Source of the DNA: Rhina ancylostomus
Lineage: Eukaryota
Length of the DNA stretch: 58,599 bases
NCBI GenBank assembly: GCA_030265395.1
Contig: JARFYF010000112.1
Span: forward strand, 18,046,525-18,105,123
Reading direction: 5' to 3'
Shown here: in pieces, positions 41,201 through 49,177 of the stretch
How the letters are laid out: the number at the start of each line of letters is the position of its first letter
Numbering within the stretch: position 1 is the stretch's first letter
Notes under the pieces: generated by a model
The model's database searches: none
The model's input: only the letters and a program-made list of their open reading frames with translations
What the model was told of the DNA's origin: nothing
Made by a program: the position numbers and the translations under genes

Positions 41201-44200
41201 GAATTTAAAAACTGACTGACAATGAATTCTCACCACTTAAAACCAAGAATTAATGTGAATGGGGAAAGAATATTAAAGCACATACCATACTTCTGAGGCT
41301 GGACACCCAATATTCCTGCTGTTAAGATTGGTGTCTCTGTCATTTGACCTTCGCTCTGAGCACCATTGCATGCTGATATGGAAACTGGAACAGACTGAGT
41401 CGGTGGGGGAATATTTGGCCAAATCTTTGTTGCATCCAAAACAGGACGCCTGGGTGGCTGCAACAAAGATTAAAGAAATAAATTAGGACTACACTTCAGA
41501 TTTTGGGTTAAGCAAGTTATTTTGAGAAATTTAAGCAAAATGGTTAATTCTGTAACTATTTCAACGTGCAACAGATAATGTTTATGGCATAAATAAACCA
41601 AATGCCACTATGCAATACAAACATTTTGTTTTTAATATTTTTTGCTGGTTTTACTGTTATTTCAATACACTGACCAATAACATAGTGATGAATGCATACT
41701 TTTCTCCCCCCCCCACACTGAATCAACAGGAATTCAGTTGAATACTAGAAATAGCAGCTAATTATTTATTTCCAGTACTGAAAATAGCAGCAAATTATTT
41801 AAGGATTATCAACCTTGTTGATGTTCAAGTTAGAAGAGTCAGAACAACACTGGACAAGATATGGGGAGAGTAATGCATTACAAACTTAGAATGTGCACAT
41901 ATTGGAGAAAATAAGAGAAATTAATTAGCAGGCAAAAGCAAATAGTCAGCATATGACATAACATCTTGAATAAATGTAATTTAGTCATAAACAACTGTGT
42001 TTCAGCCCATATTCGAAATGACTTTTTGAAGGACAGATTATGTGAAAGAGCAAAAAAAATGCAGGGGATTTTGCTCATTAATATTGTTGATTTAAGTTTA
42101 TCAAACACTGTTCTCTTCGGGTATGCAGCATCTCATCACACATCTGAATGCTATAAGTGCATCATTCACATCACTTCACACAAATCTTGAAAGCTGCATG
42201 AAATAAAAAATTCATCATACGAGCTGAACGAAATACTGAAGTCCAACATCAACACTTTAAAATTGAATTCAAGCTTGAAAGCTAAAGAACCAAGAATATT
42301 TTTAAAGTTTCACTCTAAAACTTATCTTCAAATTAAATGAAATATATATACTAACCTTATTCACACAATCATCACAGCAGTGTGAATTCTTCAGCAACAT
42401 CGAAGCCATATGCAAAGGTAAAGAGTCAGTGCAGACATGTTTAGGTTGGTCAGCTTGATTCCCATGACTTTCCAAGTGCCCACTAACTCCAGCAGTGAGC
42501 TCTGTGCAGGAAAAACGACTATTTGAGTTATAATTCTGATGCACAGGAACTTGATGCAGTTTTGGAACGCTGGCATGGTAGGGTTGGGACTGTTTGAAGA
42601 GGTTTCCACAACAAGATAGATTCTGAGAAAGTGGTGGCTGAAGCTGATAACTGGAGACAACATTTTCAACATAAGGACTAGTGAAGTGGCATGGAGCTCC
42701 ATCTAAATGGTTTTCAGCTATAGCTGCTTTACAAGACTTTGGCGTGTGGAAAGTAGGTGTTGAACTTATTTGACATGTAACAGTTCCAGTATTTGTGTGT
42801 TCTAAAGCGCCACCATTGTGAATTTGGAGGGAACAAAGCGGACAGCAGCTTACTTTCATGCCAGTTGGCTGCTGCTTTGGAAAAGACTGAATGTCAGAAG
42901 GGGGTACACTTGCAAAGAAATTAGAATTAGCATGATGGGAGGGAAGTGGAAAATCCTTCAACTCAAGCACAGGTTTGTTGCTCTCCATGTAATCTTTCTG
43001 GAAGAAGAAAAGTCAAAATACTCATGGTTAGTATCTTTTCACACAAGCAAAGAATGTTACAAAGGGAATTCAAACACAAAGTACTAGGGCCTATGATGCT
43101 TATGAATTTTACTGTAAATAAAGATAATATTCAATTTTGTATTTCCATAAACACTAAAAAATAAAAAGAACGCTCAACCATTTAAAATAAAATGTTATGC
43201 TGTAGAGTATGTGCAAATATAATGAAACAAATGTAGAGATTTATTTTTCCTTGCTTTCGGGTTAGAGCAAATGATGTGCATAGTGCCTACCAATAAATAT
43301 GTCCAAGGAAGCAATCATGATGAATAAAGAGCACTTTTACTAGACTTTCCAATTCCTCCCCTCCCATCCCAGTCACAGTAATAAGACTTCCCAATTCTCT
43401 GCTTAAGACAGCTCAGTATTCCTATTTTTCCTTCTTCACTGTAAATGCCCCAATTATGTATATTCATCACCATTATTACATGTTACCTTGCATTTTTAGA
43501 TCATTTTCCATCTGTGGATTGAGATGTAAAGGACTTAATGACTTAAAAGCAGGAATGCATACCAATAGTTTCAAATCTCAAGTAATGTTATGGGACAATT
43601 AATACAGCAAGATATTAAGTAGACATCAGAATAGACAAAATAATTAAAAGGTATTCTCAAGACTATTGTAATGAGGGACTTAATTAGTGTTTAATTAAAA
43701 TGATCACATGTGGCATTTGGTAAAATTAACAATTAAAAGGTGACAAGGAATGGTTCATAAATGCTTCACCTATCATGAAAACGAATGATTATGTTGACAA
43801 AGGTGACAAGGAATGCTAATATGCTGGATGAACTATGTATAATTTATATTGCTGACATTAAGCATATGCATCAAAATTTCAAAAAAACAAATGAAACAAA
43901 TCAATTAGTATACAATTTAAAACTTAAAGATGAATCAATGATTGTGATATAAAATCAACTCTGCTAGTTTCCTACATGACTACTCAACTTCAAAATTCAA
44001 TACCTTGTAAAAAAATCAGAAAAACCTTATTTATACCAAATCTGAAATTATACTGTGCAACTGCTATACTTTGTAAATATAGATATTTTATAATGTACAG
44101 TGATGTGTATGATGGAACAGTGAATTTACCGATTTTTTATTGGACGGTAATATCTGTTCAACTGTTGAAAAGCAATTTGAGATTTTCCAGAGCCACTGTT

Positions 44201-44288
44201 TAGAAATGTCACCATCATCATCAGGTTGATTCAGGCATCCAACAGGCCTACTGCAGAAGGAATTCTCCTTTCTGTTGCCATCCATCAT
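2035..44288 (-). CDS. MARF1: MARF1, meiosis regulator and mRNA stability factor 1 (limkain-b1); spliced CDS over 26 coding exons, ~1720 aa; NYN RNase + 2 RRM + OST-HTH/LOTUS repeats
   Basis: Exon translations match vertebrate MARF1 as I recall it: [81 protein letters not shown]-terminal VKLAANFS. All junctions are GT-AG with consistent phases (exon 25 length uncertain because of a gap). Confidence 0.98.
2726..2890 (-). CDS. MARF1: MARF1 exon 26 (SNQIEQELL...[14 protein letters not shown]...DLIQFEE)
   Basis: tcatag|GTTC acceptor, CAG|gtgaaa donor. Confidence 0.95.
3533..3650 (-). CDS. MARF1: MARF1 exon 25 ([18 protein letters not shown]...), interrupted by an N-gap at 3535-3544
   Basis: ccaaag|TTCA acceptor with a pyrimidine tract; open frame up to the gap; TT|gtaagc donor just past it; true length uncertain. 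Confidence 0.75.
4579..4639 (-). CDS. MARF1: MARF1 exon 24 ([20 protein letters not shown])
   Basis: aaacag|GTCA acceptor, AAG|gtaaag donor, 61 nt. Confidence 0.94.
4936..5148 (-). CDS. MARF1: MARF1 exon 23, LOTUS ([10 protein letters not shown]...LLHTYHYQQ...AIPQ)
   Basis: ttacag|GTAG acceptor, CAG|gtaaag donor. Confidence 0.96.
5374..5627. mobile_element. Non-autonomous Tc1/mariner-superfamily (Tigger-like) MITE
   Basis: TIRs TAAAACTCTGATAATCT (5377-5393) and AGATTATCAGAGTTTTACTG (5608-5627), followed by TA. Confidence 0.65.
6027..6257 (-). CDS. MARF1: MARF1 exon 22, LOTUS ([19 protein letters not shown]...LPYLVE)
   Basis: tgaaag|GTTA acceptor after an 80-nt intron, GAG|gtatga donor. Confidence 0.95.
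6338..6565 (-). CDS. MARF1: MARF1 exon 21, LOTUS ([10 protein letters not shown]...CHVAK)
   Basis: ccccag|GTCC acceptor, AAG|gtattt donor. Confidence 0.95.
7343..7545 (-). CDS. MARF1: MARF1 exon 20, LOTUS ([12 protein letters not shown]...IPEVLQ)
   Basis: atttag|AGCG acceptor, CAG|gtaagt donor. Confidence 0.96.
7719..7750 (-). promoter_or_regulatory. Candidate CTCF site (core CCAGCAGATGGTGG with upstream CTGCAC motif)
   Basis: Minus strand reads CAGCTGCACACAAAGGCCAGCAGATGGTGG; motif match only. Confidence 0.4.
8798..8931 (-). CDS. MARF1: MARF1 exon 19 ([16 protein letters not shown]...IPKR)
   Basis: tcttag|GTGT acceptor, GAG|gtacct donor. Confidence 0.95.
9200..9900 (-). mobile_element. 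Decayed LINE fragment (CR1/L2 clade, same family as 23160-24420)
   Basis: Shares recognisable sequence blocks with 23160-24420 and 40060-40890. Confidence 0.5.
10261..10403 (-). CDS. MARF1: MARF1 exon 18 ([21 protein letters not shown]...AYH)
   Basis: ttttag|ATCC acceptor, CTG|gtaagt donor. Confidence 0.95.
11822..12042 (-). CDS. MARF1: MARF1 exon 17, LOTUS ([16 protein letters not shown]...VPHVLQ)
   Basis: ctgcag|ATCC acceptor, CAG|gtgagt donor. Confidence 0.96.
13869..14044 (-). CDS. MARF1: MARF1 exon 16 (FLDCYASEF...[14 protein letters not shown]...PPPPNA)
   Basis: ttgtag|CTTT acceptor, CTG|gtaagc donor. Confidence 0.94.
14690..16056 (+). mobile_element. 5'-truncated CR1 LINE (RT and 3' end), N-gap at 15653-15752
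   Basis: [47 protein letters not shown] motifs; CR1-type 3' tail ...AATTCTGCTGCTATATGTCTCATGGTC. Confidence 0.9.
16080..16345 (+). mobile_element. Short CR1 3'-end fragment
   Basis: AAGACTAGAGGTCAC motif and ...CTGTAACCATTCTATGATT tail. Confidence 0.55.
17150..17245 (-). mobile_element. Penelope-like terminal repeat remnant with a degenerate hammerhead-like motif
   Basis: GCTGGAGGAACTCAG...GGCAGCATCTATGGAGGGAAAT...GTTGACGTTTTGGGCCAAGACCCTTCATTAG; related copies at 20290-20490 and 56770-56920. Confidence 0.55.
18873..18992 (-). CDS. MARF1: MARF1 exon 15 ([13 protein letters not shown]...HEGTVPLL)
   Basis: tttcag|CGAA acceptor, CAG|gtgagt donor. Confidence 0.94.
19648..19884 (-). CDS. MARF1: MARF1 exon 14 ([13 protein letters not shown]...EELEYHEP...GY)
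   Basis: ctccag|ATTT acceptor, CAG|gtagga donor. Confidence 0.95.
20290..20490. mobile_element. Fold-back (head-to-head) Penelope-derived short repeat
   Basis: TGTGCTGGAGGAACTCAG ... CTGAGTTCCTCTAACACA imperfect inverted arms. Confidence 0.55.
20556..20636 (-). CDS. MARF1: MARF1 exon 13, OST-HTH/LOTUS ([17 protein letters not shown]...YEK)
   Basis: tcatag|TTCT acceptor, AAG|gtacag donor. Confidence 0.94.
20920..22015 (-). mobile_element. 5'-truncated, internally deleted CR1 LINE
   Basis: Minus-strand remnants of the CR1 RT motifs [22 protein letters not shown] and [13 protein letters not shown], plus a CR1 3' end. Confidence 0.85.
22693..22871 (-). CDS. MARF1: MARF1 exon 12, RRM2 ([16 protein letters not shown]...LALL)
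   Basis: acatag|GTG acceptor, TAG|gtaaaa donor. Confidence 0.95.
23160..24420 (-). mobile_element. Decayed LINE RT fragment (CR1/L2 clade)
   Basis: ORF remnants ...ALDIFDQG...LQWLELY...[23 protein letters not shown] and GMFADYT (RT GVPQGS and FADD equivalents). Confidence 0.8.
24490..24738 (-). mobile_element. tRNA-derived SINE remnant
   Basis: Reverse complement resembles the SINE at 35190-35365. Confidence 0.4.
25477..25660 (-). CDS. MARF1: MARF1 exon 11, start of RRM2 (SLSP...[16 protein letters not shown]...HGK)
   Basis: ttctag|GAGC acceptor, AAG|gtaaac donor. Confidence 0.95.
25899..26057 (-). CDS. MARF1: MARF1 exon 10 (RDTPTFSS...PSAFSKL...SWSA)
   Basis: aaatag|GCGA acceptor, AAG|gtaact donor; PSAFSKL motif. 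Confidence 0.9.
26220..26335 (-). mobile_element. Rex1/Babar LINE RT fragment
   Basis: Translation [24 protein letters not shown], typical of Rex1/Babar RT. Confidence 0.75.
26440..27450 (-). mobile_element. Decayed Penelope-like element (RT region)
   Basis: Minus-strand remnants LLSKIHKQ (cf. LPKIHK), ICSAD...[10 protein letters not shown] (cf. RICS..F..RGFP) and PLVLT; many frameshifts. Confidence 0.65.
28129..28283 (-). CDS. MARF1: MARF1 exon 9 (ELCGMESK...GNI)
   Basis: tataag|GAACTC acceptor, TAA|gtgagt donor; not in the ORF track, read by hand; phase fits both neighbours. Confidence 0.88.
31104..31148 (+). repeat. Perfect 15-bp tandem repeat x3 (GGGCCAGTAAGATTC)
   Basis: Directly visible, with degenerate partial copies following. 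Confidence 0.95.
34320..34754 (-). CDS. MARF1: MARF1 exon 8, RRM1 ([12 protein letters not shown]...RSLQ)
   Basis: ctctag|CAA acceptor, CAG|gtaaat donor; RNP-like LYAYNLP and AILRF. Confidence 0.96.
35190..35365 (+). mobile_element. tRNA-derived SINE remnant
   Basis: A-box-like TGGCACAGTGGTTAAG followed by ACTGGACTAGTAACCCAGA; body resembles elasmobranch SINEs. Confidence 0.5.
35591..35763 (-). CDS. MARF1: MARF1 exon 7, end of NYN ([17 protein letters not shown]...EKTQ)
   Basis: ttatag|CTGAT acceptor, CAA|gtaagt donor. Confidence 0.96.
35848..36140 (-). mobile_element. Rex1/Babar LINE 3' end
   Basis: Reverse complement of the 3' end of the element at 52262-53005 (CAGTGATAATAAACCTGATTCTG). 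Confidence 0.75.
36482..36599 (-). CDS. MARF1: MARF1 exon 6, NYN ([25 protein letters not shown]...LVS)
   Basis: cacag|GTG acceptor, TCCT|gtaagt donor; AADDK acidic motif. Confidence 0.96.
36934..37160 (-). CDS. MARF1: MARF1 exon 5, start of NYN domain ([13 protein letters not shown]...LNNCQ)
   Basis: acag|GTTCA acceptor, CAG|gtaagc donor; first catalytic Asp motif FWDIEN. Confidence 0.96.
37950..38785 (+). mobile_element. CR1 LINE 3' fragment with internal deletions
   Basis: [26 protein letters not shown]-like motifs, CR1 tail ...CAGTATGATTCTATG. Confidence 0.85.
39660..39925 (-). mobile_element. Old CR1 3' fragment
   Basis: Minus-strand remnants of the CR1 3' region ([17 protein letters not shown]). 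Confidence 0.4.
40060..40890 (-). mobile_element. Decayed LINE fragment, same family as 23160-24420
   Basis: [27 protein letters not shown] (RT FADD region) and shared nucleotide blocks. Confidence 0.65.
41286..41457 (-). CDS. MARF1: MARF1 exon 4 ([19 protein letters not shown]...KY)
   Basis: ttgcag|CCA acceptor, TATG|gtatgt donor, WPNIPPP motif. Confidence 0.92.
42356..42997 (-). CDS. MARF1: MARF1 exon 3 (KDYMESNK...DCVNK), 642 nt
   Basis: ttccag|AAAGAT acceptor, AAG|gttagt donor, open frame, phase 0/0. Confidence 0.92.
44130..44288 (-). CDS. MARF1: MARF1 exon 2, coding part ([10 protein letters not shown]...NKKS); whole exon 44130-44346
   Basis: ATG at 44288; donor TCG|gtaaat at 44129; acceptor aacag|GAGAG at 44347; [10 protein letters not shown] motif. 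Confidence 0.92.
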
Positions 44289-44337
44289 ATAGCCTTACAT
44301 ACTTCCTCAGCATCCTTTCATCTGTCTTTCCTTTCAT
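44248..44337 (-). promoter_or_regulatory. Overlapping uORF (29 aa, [29 protein letters not shown]) plus short uORFs in exon 2
   Basis: ATG at 44337, TAG at 44250-44248, out of frame and spanning the main ATG at 44288. Confidence 0.6.
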
Positions 44338-44429
44338 TCTTCTCTCCTGTTCTTAAAAAGTAAGAACACTTTGTTGGCAAGGAAATTATGAAATAGCAGC
44401 AGCAATTTTCTGTATTTGGCTTTTCTGTA

Positions 44430-44935
44430 CCCGCTGTTCTACTCCCATTGTGACCTCTCAGCCTTTGGCCATTACNNNNNNNNNNNNNNNNNNNNNNNNN
44501 NNNNNNNNNNNNNNNNNNNNNNNNNNNNNNNNNNNNNNNNNNNNNNNNNNNNNNNNNNNNNNNNNNNNNNNNNNNGGCCATTACATTGTTCCAGTGAAGC
44601 TCAAGCAAATCTCAAGGAACAGCACACTCCCTGTCTTGCAGCTGGATATGTCAAAGTCATTCAGACTTAATTGTGACCCACACTTTCACATAATGATTCT
44701 CCTTCTTTTCACACATTCTCTCAACCCATCTTTGATTCTTGATTTATCTAGCTACCATCTATTTTGACGCTATTTTTATTGTTCAATCTCTCTTGCTAGT
44801 CACCCGATCACAGATCTTCCCTTTTTTTTAAACTTTCCTGGTCCACCCTCCTCTCTGCATCTTATCTACTTCTGATTAAAAACTATCAGTCTGAAACCTT
44901 ACATCTGCTTTTCTCTTTATAAATGCTGACTCAAA
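44430..44935 (+). mobile_element. Penelope-like 3' end (GIY-YIG tail and UTR), N-gap inside
   Basis: LHCSSEAQANLKEQH resembles the Penelope endonuclease C-terminus, followed by a pyrimidine-rich tail. Confidence 0.5.
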
Positions 44936-45289
44936 TGCACTTATACTAATGTCAATTAAGTTGAAGACTTGGACAATGGATGCATAAGACCTATATAAAT
45001 TTATAAAATAGTTAAACATGGTATAATCCACGAAATTACAGGTTACTGCTTCAGGCTGCTACCACTAAGGTCTGCATAATCTAGTGAAAAACTGTGTCAT
45101 GGAAGTAGTAAACTCAAGTCAACTAATCCATGATTTTTATTTGTAAACCAAACTAATGCAACTTTTCTAATTATATTGCCAATGGTATATTTAACACAGT
45201 ATACAAAAAAAAGTCAGTTATTAAAATGTGTCCATTCAATTCTGAACATCTTTAGAAAACTTGAACATAAAAAAAATTAAACTAGTGCC

Positions 45290-45470
45290 TGATTTGGTGC
45301 TGGAAGCAGGTACTCTCACACCATTTCAGAAGTACCTGGATGAGTACTTGAGTTTACAAAGCATAACAGGCTATGGACCAATTGCCATAAATAGAATTAG
45401 TTTGGATGAGTACTTGGTGGTCAGCATGGACATTGTTGGCCAAAGGGCCTAGTTCGGCACTGTCTATGAC
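45290..45470 (+). mobile_element. CR1 extreme 3' fragment
   Basis: VLEAGTLTPFQKYLDEYL...GYGP and tail GGGCCTAGTT...CTGTCTATGACTC. Confidence 0.7.
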
Positions 45471-48439
45471 TCAATGTCACATTCTTACCATGGACTGAAA
45501 TGTGGCTATTGTTTTTTTTAAACACAGTGCTCAGAACAATTCAACAGGAAATAGAAGCATAAATAAAACTTCAGATACAAATTCTGATTAATTTACACAC
45601 TGTGCCTTATTCTGCCATCATTCTAACCAGTACAACAGAGGTGAACAGAAATTCAGCATTTTGCAACAGCCCCCTTACTTATCTTTATCTTCTGCTCAAA
45701 CACATTTCACACACCTTACTGATTCTGAGATCCAAGATTAAAGTTGGGTGTTTTAGATATAAAAAGTCAAATAGAATTAACTAAATATTTAGCAAATGCT
45801 GATATGAATATTTCCAGCATTTTCTATTTGTATTTCAGATTTAAAAGGATCTGGATCAGTTGGAAAGTATGTTGACTCATGAGATATGGAATTATTGCGA
45901 ACAAATGCAAACTAATGATACACAAGGGAAATAAACAGACTTAAAAATAAATGTCTCCAGATGATTTGTCTGGCTCATTTGGTTACATTGTCAACTCCTC
46001 CAGAATACTGAGGTTCAAGACACATAATAACTTAAGCATATTATCTGTGCAATCTCAGGGATGCATGCTTTGGATGAGACACTAAGCTGGCACCACGTGA
46101 TGATGGAAAATAGATTGTATAATATGATTTGAATAACAGCTCTTCTAGCGACATTGTCAACATTTCTTCCTCAAGGAACATCACCAGACAAATTATCTGG
46201 AAATTTCTTAATTCACTGCTTTAGAGTTCATGGTTCTACATAAATTCAATATCGTGATTTTCTACTATTATCCAATCAAAGCAGTAGTTCACCATGATAG
46301 CAATACAAAAAGAACATATTGGCTATTAAGTGCCTTGAACGTTCTCTTATGATAGTGTGCTGTATCAATAAAAGTTATTGATTCTGTGCTATAAAATACT
46401 GGTCGGGAATTGGGCAGTTCATTGGAGTCAACATTAGTCATACAAAGAAAATCTATTTGGATCTCAGATGTTAAATGCTGCCATAGGTGATCTGAAGTAC
46501 CACGTATCCAAGTTAAGGGTTTGCAGACTTAGAGGCAGTACACTGTTGATATCTATTCATAAGTATCTTATCAATTAGGAGAAATTGAACAGCTTGAGAT
46601 TATTGCAGAATGTTTGTTGATTCAGAATTCCAGCATCTGCACTCTCTATGTCTCTTGAGTTTACTTAATCGGAATGATAATTGAAACATGATCCATGTTT
46701 AAGGAACTAAATAAAATTTTACTTCATAGAAAGTTCAAAATTGTCACAAGTTCCATAAACTAGTAATAAAACTCAAGTTTGCAAGAGGGAAGATGCGCAG
46801 ACTAATTTATTTAGTGGTTGGTTAATGGATTAGATGAACTACCCAGATTTAGTGAAAACAGATAGTTGAGAGGAAATATTTAATAAAAGGTTGGTTATAA
46901 ATTTGAGCGAATGAATGACCCTGATCTGCTCAATTACATGGCTTTCTGTTCGAGCTAAATCTGACTGCAACTTTTAGACAAATATTCTGAACAACTTTTT
47001 TTTCCCTAGCCAGAATTTAGTTTTTTTAAAAAGTCAGACACCCAGATTCATCAAGCCGTTACAGGATAAAGAAACCCTGTCATTAATATGCATGGCTCCA
47101 GGACTATAGAACAATGGATTTTTTTTGACAAGNNNNNNNNNNNNNNNNNNNNNNNNNNNNNNNNNNNNNNNNNNNNNNNNNNNNNNNNNNNNNNNNNNNN
47201 NNNNNNNNNNNNNNNNNNNNNNNNNNNNNNNNNNNNNNNNNNNNNNNNNNNNNNNNNNNNNNNNNNNNNNNNNNNNNNNNNNNNNNNNNNNNNNNNNNNN
47301 NNNNNNNNNNNNNNNNNNNNNNNNNNNNNNNNNNNNNNNNNNNNNNNNNNNNNNNNNNNNNNNNNNNNNNNNNNNNNNNNNNNNNNNNNNNNNNNNNNNN
47401 NNNNNNNNNNGTTGCTGGTTCGTAACAGCAGTCTAGAAGTCCTTTCCAAATATAACATTTGATTATGAAAGGCATTATATAATTGCAAATCATTTTTTCC
47501 TTTTTTTTTCCACAGGTGCAAAGCACCACATTTCCCTGTGTGAACTTATTTAAAATCAAGTTCATATTGCTTTAGTTCACAGCAGCAGTATAAATAAACT
47601 AAAATGTTTCTCTCAACTAATAAGTTGTGCTTAAACTAGGTACCTCACTTAGGATACATTCTTGGGGGCGACAGTGCTAACTGAATCAGCTATCTTATCC
47701 TATAAAAAGGTACATTATACACATGAAAATACATTACTAAGTGTTATTTTTCAATATAAAAGCAAACAATGAGAGCTTCATTGAGAAAAAAACATCGAAT
47801 GTTAAGGTACTATTTCTTAAACATTAACCATATATTGTGAATTCCCAGAAAATACAATGTATACTAACAAAACATAAACATATAAACAAATCATAGAAGT
47901 AATAGGAATAATGAAATGAAAGATACAGCTGGGAGGATGAAGAAATAAAAGGGAGAATGAGACTTTTAGGAATGGTCTGCAGGAAGCCAGCATGGTCCTG
48001 AATGGCCGCCTTCTTTGTCAGGGTAGACCAGTGGCATCTCAGATGGTGTTGCAGCTGCTGTACAGCTCCAGTGTCCTCCCACATTCAAAGACATCCTGGT
48101 AGGTTAACTGATACTATGAATTGCATATAGTGTAGGTGGAGGGCAGGAGAAACAGGAGGAAGTTGATGGGTATGCAAAAAAGGTTATCAGAAAATAAGTT
48201 GGAGAATGGGGCTGTTGGAAATGATCTGAGAACTCAATGGGCAGAATGGCTATCTTCTATGTTGTAAGAAAATATGAGAACTATGAGCCAGGTTGTGGGT
48301 CATCCTGCTGGGAAGGTGGATCAGGTTACGACTCTTCCCTTTTGAAGAGATCCAGGGTTAACTCTCTTGCTGCCCCCTCATTTCACAGAGCTTTCACTGT
48401 AACAGGAGTTATTGTTGAGCACAATTCTCTTCCCTGAGG

Positions 48440-49177
48440 AGCTATGCTTCCAGACTGCATAATCCTTAGAAAACACTCCAATCCCTCCTTGACCTTTGTG
48501 ATGCCTTGCATCAAAACTGCTATTCCAACTCTTGCAGTTCCTCACTCCTTAAGCTGTAACCGGGAGATGCAGTAGCTCTGCCATGTCATCTGCGTCATCT
48601 CCATCCAGTCCTGCTTGTGAAGCAATCTGGGCAATTATCAATGGTGATAGCCTGCTCCCCCTCCTCAAAACCCACAATGATGCTACATGCCTCCAGTCAC
48701 AACCTCTGCCAAACACTGTTTCTGCAAATGTAGACAATTTCCGCCCAGGATGCACTTGAAGTTAATAAGCCTTCAAACTGGATATACACCTTGGTCCATG
48801 GGCTGGATAAGGGGCATTGTGTTTGGCTAAGGGTACACCAGCTCAACAGGAAGGCAAATTGGGACACTATCAGTGTTCAGAGGGTGGCCTGGGGCATTGT
48901 CATGCACTAATAGTGCTTTGAGCTCAAGGTTATTTTCCTCTCAGTAACATTTCACTATTGGACAAAAATATGAAATTAACCACTGTTGCTAGTTGACAAG
49001 CCCTCCAAGATTACACACAGATGCTCTTTAAAAAGCACCTTCATTGCTCATGGATTTTCTGCATGGCAGATTAGCAAGAACTTGGTCAAGATTTCCCGAA
49101 GTATCATCCCCTAGCAGGGGTATCAAGCCGGCTTTGGCAGCTCAAATCCAGATGAATGTTGTTCTTCTCATGAGATA
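48440..49177 (-). mobile_element. Tigger/pogo transposase pseudogene, 3' half
   Basis: Minus strand reads LLICHAENP*AMK, KALLVHDNAPGHP...PNTMPLIQPMDQGV (D2-D3 spacing 34), DDMAELL; stops and frameshifts present. Confidence 0.85.

Noticed and set aside
47051-47565. Several 100-156 aa ORFs
   Set aside because: Artefacts of translating through an N-gap; the same applies at 15411-15908 and 44318-44767.
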